Virus record (IMG/VR): IMGVR_UViG_3300030392_001100
Span: 1 to 50,558 of that record
Length of the DNA: 50,558 nucleotides
Direction: 5' to 3' (one strand)
Source: a virus
Taxonomy: Duplodnaviria > Caudoviricetes
Shown here: one piece after another, positions 7,495 to 17,300 of the stretch
How the letters are laid out: each line of letters starts with the position of its first letter
How positions within the stretch are numbered: position 1 is the first letter of the stretch
Program-made: the position numbers and the translations under genes
The notes under the pieces: generated by a model
What the model saw: only the letters and a program-made list of their open reading frames with translations
What the model was told of the DNA's origin: nothing
Databases searched by the model: none

Positions 7495-7700
7495 TATGAA
7501 CTCCTTTTACTTTCAAGCCATTGTACCAATACCAGTGCGTCAGCAGCAGAAGCAAGCGCCGCATCCCAGTGCGAAGTCTCAATGGAGAGTTCTGCCTGCA
7601 CAAAGAATGTCTGGACGGATGAGTCGGCGGTAGTTGTCACAGAGTCTACCGTATCGACAATGGCATCCGCATTGGAGTTGTTGAGATCATCCTGCGTCAT
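7494..7700 (-). CDS. Hypothetical protein
   Basis: 68 aa, translationally coupled on both sides. Confidence 0.6.
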   Translation of the reverse strand: MTQDDLNNSNADAIVDTVDSVTTTADSSVQTFFVQAELSIETSHWDAALASAADALVLVQWLESKRSS

Positions 7701-8560
7701 GCTGCACCCGTTCCTCGCCAGCCATCAATATTGTGGTTGACCATGTACCAAAACCTTACCGTGACAACTGCTGGGTCTGCGGTCCCGTTAGTGTCAACGT
7801 AACTACCAAACCATGCAAACAAGTAGACATTGTTGTCACTGCTGTAAGTGTCATTGTCGTTCCCAATCGTAGACGTGTGAGCATTTACATTTGTATTCTT
7901 GGCGTAACTGTTCCCAGACGTATCAAAGAATGTAGTGGTCACTCTACAGCTATTCGCATCAGCGTTTGAAGATCCAACCGATGGGCCGATGTACCAGTTT
8001 GATATCGCAAGGGCTGGCGTGTTGGATGTAAGGGCTGACGACAACACCCTTGTCTTACTTCCACTTCCTGAACTGTACCCCTGAAGACGCTTGAATCGTG
8101 GGTCTCCACCGACATCGTCATAGATTACCTGGCCAGTCGCCAAGAACTTGTTGGCTGTGCTGCTTCCGTCAATATCTGTAGCATTCTGTCCGATCCCAAA
8201 ACCAAATGCTGGGTCATGCTCATTGGCGGAATCGTCAAAGTCTCCAGTGACGCTGATGAACTCACACATCGTGCGCAAGACAAACGGCTCTAAAAAGTTG
8301 ACCGGAACGCCAAGCGCATCGGTCAATGGCATCTGATAGCAAGCGTAGTCAGTTGGATGCTCGCTTGAGCTTCCAATGACATCCGTTAGCGTAACCACGG
8401 TATTGCCAGTGCTCTCAACAACGCCAGAAACCATAGAGCTTGGGTCTTCAACCAAGATAAGCGGATCGCTAAGCATAAACCTGCGCCATCCATGCTTGGC
8501 ATGGCTTGTCTGCTTGCCAATCAGTTGACGCGAGAAGTCTCCTGGCCGCCTATCACGCAC
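7697..8560 (-). CDS. Putative receptor-binding/beta-sandwich virion protein (paralog family B)
   Basis: GTG at 8560 after GGAGG; shares GW..F...EDP...VVE(S/T)TGNTV...HP...MPLT...PF.LRTM.E.IS..GD and C-terminal RFWYM..H...GW.GTG with the upstream gene. Confidence 0.7.
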   Translation of the reverse strand: MRDRRPGDFSRQLIGKQTSHAKHGWRRFMLSDPLILVEDPSSMVSGVVESTGNTVVTLTDVIGSSSEHPTDYACYQMPLTDALGVPVNFLEPFVLRTMCEFISVTGDFDDSANEHDPAFGFGIGQNATDIDGSSTANKFLATGQVIYDDVGGDPRFKRLQGYSSGSGSKTRVLSSALTSNTPALAISNWYIGPSVGSSNADANSCRVTTTFFDTSGNSYAKNTNVNAHTSTIGNDNDTYSSDNNVYLFAWFGSYVDTNGTADPAVVTVRFWYMVNHNIDGWRGTGAA

Positions 8561-9464
8561 TTCCGGTTCCTCCCCAACCATTCGACATGTCATGGGTCAA
8601 CATGTACCAAAATCGACACGTCAGCGTGACCGCCGTGTTTGAGCCGTCATTTGCCCCTGCGTCCTGGTCAGCTATCGACACGTACAGGAACACCTGCGAA
8701 TCAGCATTGAACCCACGGGCCGCTGAGAGTCCTTTTTGGCTGATTGTCGGGCCTTTCTCATACGGTGTGCCAGCATTTGAGTCGGCAAACGTACAGATAT
8801 TTATGAGGCCATTGATGCTCTCCGCACCGCCTGAGCCGTCGCTCATGTCCGGACCGATCATATAATCAGTGACCATCAAAGGGTACCCAGTTTGATTACT
8901 GGTAGACCCCTCGGCCGTTGTGTGACCGCTACCGGTACCGCTCAGGTAGCTGTAAATCATATAAGCATTCGTCTCTATGTCTTGACTGCCAGTTGCACGG
9001 AGACGGTATCCAGCAAATACATGACGATTGGCGTCGGCAACAACCGCAGTACCTGTATAGTCGGTGGCGTTCGTGCCGATACCCATGGAGATGACTGGCC
9101 AGTTCTTGTCGTCGTTATCGGTCCGCGAGTAGTCCCCGCTAATGGAAATCATCTCGATCATCGTCCGCAGCGCGAATGGTTTACCGAGCGTGATGGCGGT
9201 GCCGTCCGGCCCAGTAAGCGGCATTGCCGCAACCCACCCCTGCGCGGGATGCTTCTTGGTTACACCAGTGGCCGAGATAGAATCAGCGAACGTGAAGACC
9301 GTGTTTCCTGTAGTCTCGACCACCGTGTCTTTGTAAGTATTCGGGTCTTCTTGCACGACTGTTGCGCCAGTAGCATAGAACTGCTGCCACCCGTCACGGT
9401 AGTACCGTGCGCGGCCCGTGGTTCTGTTGGCGATTGGCCCCAGGGCTCGTGTACTGCGAGACAT
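8553..9464 (-). CDS. Putative receptor-binding/beta-sandwich virion protein (paralog family B)
   Basis: ATG at 9464 after AGGA; Ser/Thr/Gly/Asp-rich; clear paralog of 7697-8560. Confidence 0.7.
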   Translation of the reverse strand: MSRSTRALGPIANRTTGRARYYRDGWQQFYATGATVVQEDPNTYKDTVVETTGNTVFTFADSISATGVTKKHPAQGWVAAMPLTGPDGTAITLGKPFALRTMIEMISISGDYSRTDNDDKNWPVISMGIGTNATDYTGTAVVADANRHVFAGYRLRATGSQDIETNAYMIYSYLSGTGSGHTTAEGSTSNQTGYPLMVTDYMIGPDMSDGSGGAESINGLINICTFADSNAGTPYEKGPTISQKGLSAARGFNADSQVFLYVSIADQDAGANDGSNTAVTLTCRFWYMLTHDMSNGWGGTGSA

Positions 9465-9474
9465 TGGTTTCCTA

Positions 9475-9906
9475 CTATGCCGTGTACCTGTTGACGTAAC
9501 CAAACACGTTGAGGGCGACTACATCATTCGCGCCACCACTAACTTGATCGACAAGAGCACTTACGCGGAGTTGGTTGGTTGCTCGCCCCTTCAGTGTCCA
9601 GCCGGGGCAGACAAGGACTGTTTCTCCTGGCTGAATCTTGTGCTGTGAGAGCGTCCCAAGTTCATTTGAGAATGGGTCAGTATTGTTGTCCAGCCCACCA
9701 AAGTACAGCGACAATGTATGCGCCGACGTATGGTTGTTGGAGCACCACAGCCACACCTCGTCGTAGTTCGCCGCAGTCGCATGGCCTTCATGGATTTCTG
9801 CGTAGTCAGCATCAGTGTCCGTATCGCTAAGAGACACAGCGATACTTGTCGCAGCGGTAAGCTCGGTCCCGCTTGGAGCGAGCAGTTGTCTTGTTACAGT
9901 TGCCAT
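9475..9906 (-). CDS. Small tail-associated beta protein
   Basis: ATG at 9906 after AGGA; IH...DEVWLWCSN...LVCPGWTL...VFGYVNR resembles small phage tail proteins. Confidence 0.65.
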   Translation of the reverse strand: MATVTRQLLAPSGTELTAATSIAVSLSDTDTDADYAEIHEGHATAANYDEVWLWCSNNHTSAHTLSLYFGGLDNNTDPFSNELGTLSQHKIQPGETVLVCPGWTLKGRATNQLRVSALVDQVSGGANDVVALNVFGYVNRYTA

Positions 9907-9914
9907 GTTGAATC

Positions 9915-10451
9915 CTATGTAAACATCTGCATATGCAGGATGAGGCTGGAGTCGTCTGCCGCAGCACCGCCACCGCCACCGATGGTGGAATGGTCTGCTG
10001 TCACATCCATGAACTGAAGCAGGTACCAGTTGGTGCCATCGAAGCACCACTGCGTCACATCACCCGATTCGGTCACGATGTCTGCGCTACCGCCCTTGAG
10101 GTTGGTGCCTGTAACGTCGTAGGTGATGGCCGCAGTAGAGATGACCGTGATGATCTGACCGGCAACACCACCATCAAACATCGTGATGGTCTCGGTAGAC
10201 GCATGGTGCTTGAACAAGTTCCCTGTAGCCACAGACGGAGTTGCATCGCCGTCAGCGAAGGTAACGAACGTCTCACTGGGCCCGGAGAACGCCGCAGAGC
10301 CCGCAACATGGAGCGTAGCGTCTGGCGTTGCAGTACCGAGGCCAACACGGTTGTTGGTGGCATCAACGGTGATGGTTGTGCCGTCTACCTGAAGGTCAGT
10401 GAGTACGAGACTCTGCCCGCCGCTAAAGAATCCACGGTTGAAGTGTCCCAT
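9915..10451 (-). CDS. Short tail-fibre-like protein
   Basis: VDATNNRVGLGTATPDATLHVAG fibre repeat, FDGTNWY, C-terminal GGGGG linker. Confidence 0.65.
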   Translation of the reverse strand: MGHFNRGFFSGGQSLVLTDLQVDGTTITVDATNNRVGLGTATPDATLHVAGSAAFSGPSETFVTFADGDATPSVATGNLFKHHASTETITMFDGGVAGQIITVISTAAITYDVTGTNLKGGSADIVTESGDVTQWCFDGTNWYLLQFMDVTADHSTIGGGGGAAADDSSLILHMQMFT

Positions 10452-10454
10452 GAC

Positions 10455-10892
10455 CTACCCCTGAGAATCGTGCCAATTGAGTCTTGCTTGACCAAGCGTG
10501 CTGCTGGACATCGACGGTTTGACCCAAAGGTAAACCTTCCCAGCAGTCGTTTGCGTTGCTGGCGCACGGCAGAAAAAGTCACCAAGGGCAACAGTTGTGT
10601 GCCTTACTGTAGATGTCCCGCCAGTTGTAAGCTCGACAGCCGTAGCCGTTGCTGTCAGAGGGTCATTCCCGGTGCTGTCCCATGTTAGATAGCAAGTGAC
10701 TGTATCTTCCGTACCAGAGCCAGCGCTGGTAAAGACCAAGTCCAGGTGAGAGATCGAGCAGCCACTCGGCATCGCCTTTGAGTTTGCGTCACTCGGCGAC
10801 CCGCTGGTCTGCTCAGCAAGCAGAACAGCGGTGAACGCCGAGGTACTCAACGATGTCGGGGCAGTCGTATTCGTAATGAATCCCTGAGCCAT
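10455..10892 (-). CDS. Hypothetical beta-rich virion protein
   Basis: 145 aa, Thr/Ser-rich, AGGAGG SD. Confidence 0.7.
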   Translation of the reverse strand: MAQGFITNTTAPTSLSTSAFTAVLLAEQTSGSPSDANSKAMPSGCSISHLDLVFTSAGSGTEDTVTCYLTWDSTGNDPLTATATAVELTTGGTSTVRHTTVALGDFFCRAPATQTTAGKVYLWVKPSMSSSTLGQARLNWHDSQG

Positions 10893-10920
10893 GGGACCCT
10901 CCTAGTTCAGGGGTTCAGGA

Positions 10921-11328
10921 TCAGGACGGGCTAGGCTTTGTGACTGACGCATACCAATAAGTACCGTCACAGATACACGTAGCAATCTCGTCGTTATCGA
11001 CATTGACGTTCACGCCCAACTGCAACTCAGCAACCGACCCGCCTGAGTCTACGTACTTAATATCAACGCCATGCGCGGAGCCAATGTTTACAACGTGGAG
11101 AACCATCCCTGCGCACTGGCCTACCGGAGGGAGAACAAGGTCATCGTTGTTGGCATTGGTCAGAACGGTAACAACATGTCCCGTGAGTTGCTTTTCTCCA
11201 GCAGTGCTCGTCGGATTCATCTTCAGTTTGAGTTCCGTGCCGCTGAAGTCAGCGGAAACGACGGCCGTGACCCCCAGAGGCATTGGAAATACGTGGCGGC
11301 CACCGGACATTTCGGGGATCTGGGACAT
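10921..11328 (-). CDS. Hypothetical beta-rich virion/fibre protein
   Basis: LVLPP...GMVLHVVNIG...CICDGTYWY resembles fibre-tip modules; GGAG SD. Confidence 0.65.
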   Translation of the reverse strand: MSQIPEMSGGRHVFPMPLGVTAVVSADFSGTELKLKMNPTSTAGEKQLTGHVVTVLTNANNDDLVLPPVGQCAGMVLHVVNIGSAHGVDIKYVDSGGSVAELQLGVNVNVDNDEIATCICDGTYWYASVTKPSPS

Positions 11329-11370
11329 TTTCTACTCCATACAGGGAGGGGGTGTTGTGTGGTCGTGACA

Positions 11371-11379
11371 AAGATAGCA
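11371..11379 (-). promoter_or_regulatory. Extended -10 promoter TGCTATCTT upstream of the fibre/lysis genes
   Basis: TG-n-TATCTT in the gap just after the stop of the giant gene. Confidence 0.45.
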
Positions 11380-11390
11380 CGTTCGAAAGC

Positions 11391-14300
11391 TTAACGGCGC
11401 GTGTAGATATCGCCCTCCTCTTCCTTTTTGATTTGGTCCTTGACGTCGTAGCTGTGCCTCCGGAGGTAGCGCGCCCACATGACGTCTTCTTGTGCGATCG
11501 GGATAGGCCGAACCCCAAAGAACGCACTCAACTCTTCTGGCCCGCTCAACTCCCCAGCACGAGGCCCAGCCAGGTCCGGCGAGATGTCTGAGGGCAGCTT
11601 GACCCGCGCAGGCCTCGGATAGTCCAGGTACCCGTGCCTCACGCCGTGCATGCGGACAGTCCGCAAGCCCTCCATCGCTATCTCAACGGCGCCGATGTTC
11701 GACCGGTCCAGGCTCTCGATGACATCCATGGAGCGCCCGAAGCCCGGTGTTTGGATCAGCCTGCGCAGGACCCACCAGTACTTTCCGTTGCGCGCGTGGT
11801 AAAAGCCGAGCCCAGGAAAATCCTCTGTGAGCGGCTCGTACATCGGCTGGTCGTCTATATCGAGGATGTCCTCGACTACCATGCCGCCGGTAAGCATGTA
11901 GTCCGCCTCAACGAAAAACGCCGGCACCCGGTTGTATTTGTCCAGGTCGCGCTCAAAGAAGATGTCCTCGTTAAACATGAACACGGGCCCCGCTTGGATC
12001 CATGGCGTGAGACGAGACATCATGCCTCTCAGGTGCTCGGTATCTCTAGCTGCCGACGTCATGGCCTCGGCGGAGCCAAGAACATCGACCCACAGGCCCA
12101 CAGCGTCCGTAAACGGAAGTGGCGGCAGAATAAACATCACCTGACGATTTAGGTGTGTCTGTTTTCCAATGTCTCGGAAGTACACCGGCAACCGGCCCTT
12201 CAGGTACTCGGGCAGCACGATCTCTGGGTCTTCCTCGAGATTCACCTGTTGAATCCCACGCATCAGGCGGGCCTGGTTGATGACCCGGCTCGGGTGTGTC
12301 AACACTGTGTCCCAAAACAGATCCTGATTCTTTCGCATGTAACTGTAGAACAATATGATGTCGCGCATGGACTTGCGCTCAAAGTCGGTCAGGGCGCTGT
12401 AGTCGTAGCCAACCTTCCTGGCCAGACTGGCTGCCGCATCCGGCGATGCTCCGCGCTTTAGCTCAGAGATGAACGTGCCAACACGGAAGTAGTTATCAAT
12501 AGCCGTTGCAGACTCGATCAGCGTGTCTTGCCAGCCAGAGAAGCCGCTCGTGATACGGTCGAGCACGCCGCTTGGCGTCATCTTGGCGATGTCATCCGCA
12601 ATAGCGCCCACCGTCTCTATCTTGATGAAGCTCTGGTTGAGCCCATAGCGCTGAGCCATCTCAGCAAGCATGCTGGACGTGTAGATCCGGCCATCATTGG
12701 TGACGATGGCTGGCGCATTCGGGCGGTATCCGCCCTCCTTGAACAGTCTGGCCACAACCGCAAATGTCATTCGGGTTGGGAACGCGGCGGTGATTGACCG
12801 CAACAGACCTAGACCCTGGTACATCTGGAACCAGGCGCCAACCCCAACACTCACGTAGTAGGCAGCGTTCGGGATAATGATTCCGGTTGTCACTCCCATT
12901 TTGATTCTGGCTGCCGTTATCGGGTTCATGTTCCAGAGCCAGTTGACCGTCTTGCCCACAGCGCTCCAGGCAATGACATCCTTGTCGCGCTCGATCTTCT
13001 CAGCAATCTTTGGGTCTTTGAGTGGAAGCCCCCGACGCTCAGGCAGGAACTTCTTGCTGAGAGACGAGCGGCCGTAGGTGTTTCCAACGCCAGCGGCGCG
13101 ATCGATCGCAGACTGTAGGTGCTCCTTTGCGGCGCTTGGTATGAATATTTCCGTGCCATCCGGGGCCGTAAAGGTCTCCCACTTTCCGCTGAACGTGCCG
13201 ATACCCCAGAGATCGATGATCTCCATCGCCTTCAGGTAGGCACGCATGTCGTGCAGCTTGTCCGCCCCATCGAGGGGGCCTGGAACCCGGTCACGCTTCG
13301 GATAATTTGATGGGTCCGGCGCGTTCGGTTTAATTGTCGCCACACGCTTGCGGTTCCGCCAGAGATTTCTGGTTGATCGATCGCCAGCAAGCGTAGATGA
13401 CAGGTAGTGCTTGACCCGCTCGGCATACGCGGCCTTGTCGAAGTTTGGTCCGAACTGTTTGGCGCTGTCGAGGTCGCGCACATCGAACCTGAGGTTGTAC
13501 CTGGTCAGGTCCTCCAGCAGACGATTGAATTCCTGTGTGGCCTTCATTCGAATGATCATCTCAAGCATGACCTCACTCATGTCGATGCGAGACATGCGGT
13601 CTTTCTCGAGGCCCGTGTGGTACCCGCGCTGAGATACGAAGTCGATGAGTTCCTCTAGCTCCCCGTTAAAGAACCAGTGGTAAAGCTGCATCTCCTGCGG
13701 AAGCGACAGGCCAGCATAGAGCCCTGACTTCTCTGACCCAGAAATGCTCGATGCGATCTCATAGGCCTTCTCTCTAGCGACCTCAACCTTCTTGTCCAGC
13801 GCATAGTGGATGTCATCGATCGCACCGCCAAACTCGAACTGTTCAAACTCGTTTAGATCTTCAAGGGACTGCGTCCTCAGGCGCTTCTTGTAGATCTCAA
13901 GCGTATCAATGGCAATCGCAACGGGCTCCGGAAGCAAGTTACCCTCTTCCCTGAGCAGCATCTTGATCTGATCGAGGTCCGCGAAAAGCTCTTCCGTGGT
14001 GAAGTCGGCGTACTCGTCTGCGTTCGGGAACTTGTCAGGATTCTCTGAATCCCACCGACGGCGTCTGTTGTCCTCAACGCGCTTCAGATCCTTGAACTTG
14101 CTCCGCATATCCAAGAGCGGAGATGTCTTCGACTCATCCAGCCAGATCTTGCTCGGATGAATTGGCCATTCGAGGGACTCGCGAAGCTCATTGATGATCT
14201 TTGCGTGGATCCGCTGCTCCGTTGGGCCCTCGTGGCCAGGTTCTGCGCGCGCGGCGCGTGCGATCTCACGAGCACGGCGCCTCACCCAATCTGGAGCATC

Positions 14301-17300
14301 CGCCATCCTGCGGGCCCCGCCCTGGAGAAGGGTCCTAACGATTGGATCAATCTGTGACAGTTCTTCGCCCAGGCTGAACCACGAGCGAATCCAATCCCTG
14401 CTTCCCTCAACGACTCTCCACCGCTTGTCGTCGGCAAGATTGTTTACCGCGCTCTTGAACATGTTCCAGACCGCATAGCCCATGGACGGCGAGATCCTCT
14501 CGCTGTACCCGGTCTTCCTGGAGCCAGCGCCGGCAACGACGTCATTCATGACCTCAAGCGCATTGTTATACTCTGTCGGGGTCGGCCGAGAGTAGTCGTA
14601 GTCAGGCTCAAGCATCCGGGCGTAGATGATGTTGCCCATGGGCTCGCCAGCCATATCCTCAACCATGCGCTTGAATCCGGCGGCCTGGGCCTCATTCAAC
14701 TCATAGACCTCAAACTCAACGCCGTCTCGAACCTCGGTCGTTACCAGTTTGGCGACCTCCTTCGGATGTAATTGCATGTAGTAGATTGTACGGTCGCGAA
14801 CCTGCTTATCAATACTCTTGAGACGGCTCGCCGGGACGTGGCTTCTGACTGTGATTCCGACAAGCTCCGTCGGCCCGGATAGCTTTCGTATCTGTTCAGT
14901 AGCAACATACGCGTACATCTTTGAGAACAGATCAATCGCGTCAACCTCGGTAACATCCTCGGGTAAGTCCATGGCCTGGCGCAAGTGCAGCTCTCTGGTA
15001 TCGATGCGCTCCCAACTCATCTTCTGCTGAGCCTTCCTGGTGCCACCTTCATTCCAGCGCCTGCCCATGTCAGCATCAAGGTTCACGCGAGGCATCCTGG
15101 CTTCACGGGATGCCGCAACCAGTCCAACAGCCCCGGCTGCAGCAACATCGGTGGGCCGGAAGTACGCATCAAAGAGATCGACCATCCGGCCAGAGAGGAC
15201 ATCTGGTTGGTTCCGTACACGCAGCCAGTAATCCTGCATCGTGCGGTAAAGCTCTACAAACTTGCGCCGCACCGGTCCGCCCGGCCCGATTCTGGTAAGC
15301 AAGAACCACTTCCAGGCCTCTGCGATCTGTTCTGATGCCTCAGGTGTAAGTCGGCGGCCAGGAAACTCCCACCAGCCCATGCCGGCAATCAGATCCTGCT
15401 CGATCAGTTCGGGATACACCTTGGTCGGGTAGTGCGAATACAGGTCATCTCGCCACTGCGCTCCCAGGATGGCCTCTAACAGGTGTCCGTTTTCGTGGAA
15501 CAGAACACCAATGTCGCCAGTCTTGAACATGCGAATAAGCAGGTCGCCAGTCGTCTGATCGATCTCAAAGGCTCCGCGTGGCGCCTCAGGATCACCGCTG
15601 AACATGATTCTGTGCCCCACGCCCGGCTCGTGACTGTACAGCCGCACCTCTGGATCCAGTGATGTCTTCCCGGCATTCCTGAAGAAATGCAACTCAGCCA
15701 GTTCCCGCCGAAGCTCCATCAGCGCAGCGGCAGACTGTCCAGGTATTGAGCTTGCGCCAGGGGCCACGGTCATCTCTGGCTCATAGTACCGACGGATCTG
15801 GTCCCACCTGAGCCACTGCGCGCCAAACGTGGACAGTCCAGCGTCCTTGGCCGTCGGGTCATTTCTGATGACGTTCACAGCCCTGGTATACGCATCAGTC
15901 GTGACACGCGCCTCGCCATCCTTGATTGCCTGGACCAGCGGATGGTCTGGGTACAGCTTGTCCCACTTGGTGACGGCTCGCTGGACGTTAAGCAGCGACT
16001 CTGCCCGCTCTACGCCCCTGCCAAGCCTGCGCATGTCCTTGGCCCCAACTCCAGCCGTTCTGCCAGCACTAAGCGCGGCGCGAGCCATTGTCAGTTCTTT
16101 CCGGCGAGCACCAACATCAATCTCAATTCCACGCGCGCGGACCTTCACTGGCCTTGGCGCCAACGTGGCCTGAGTGCGCGCAACCCAGTCGCTGCTGTAG
16201 TTCTCAAAGTAGTCCTTGAAGTCCACGTCCTGGCGCGTGGCGATGGTCTGCTTTGACGCGCCAACACCAGGATCGCTCTCTCCGCGACCCTGCTTCCACA
16301 TCTTGTACCAGTCACGAACGCGCTTGCTTGCATCAGGGATGATGCTTCGCCAGTACTTGCGGATCATGTGAACGTCGATGGCGGCAACATTCGAATTCGC
16401 TGGGTCTGTCAACGAAAGCGCGAATGAAGAGGTCTTTGTGCCCATCCCCCGAGTGCTCGACTGTACACGCATGATGAACTCATCAAACATCTCGTCTGGG
16501 TGCGGCTCGAACCACAGATACTGCTGCTTGCCTGACTCCACGCGGGCGAGATCTTCATCGAAGGCGACTAAGAGATCCGCAATCAAGCGCGGATCGATCT
16601 GGCTTCTGGCAACGAAGCCCTCCGTTAGCCTGGCAACTGGCGATGATGGAATGAACTCACCAGCGGTGTACCTCAGGAACTCGCGAAGGCTCTCGTACTC
16701 CAACTCCCGACGCTTAATGCCGGCCTCAGACTGCTTGATCCGCTTGCGGATAGAGGTCTTGCGGGCCTTGGCTTTCTCGGTCTTGAGCAGCGCCTTGTCA
16801 GCGTCGATGTCCTGGCGCGCAGTGTCCATCTCAAGCTCAATGCGGTCCATCCTGCCGATGACATCCACTCTGGCATCCCTGTATGCCTTCTCGTTGAGCT
16901 TCTTGAGTGTGTCCCATTCCCAGGCCTGGAACGGCGTCCCCGGCTCCCACCACTTGCGGAATCCGCCACCACGGACTTCAGCAAGGATGCCCTTGTGGAT
17001 GTACTTGGCGTCCGCCTTTGAGCCCGCAGTGATGGCGAGCCCCACGAGGTACTGGGCCTCCTCTCTGCTCAGGTCTTCGTAGATTGCCCTGGCCTCGTCC
17101 AGGTACGCGTCAATCACAGACTCGCCGTACACAGCTTCACCACGGCCGACCAGTTGCTCGGCCGCATCTCTGGGCAGACCTACTTCAACGTATACCTTCG
17201 ACAGGGCGTCCAGGTCCTGCCCCTCCAGTTCCTCCGGGGTAAACCGGCGGACGTCTTTCGCTCGGTTTTCAAACCATGCCCGCTTGCGGCCTCGAGACTC

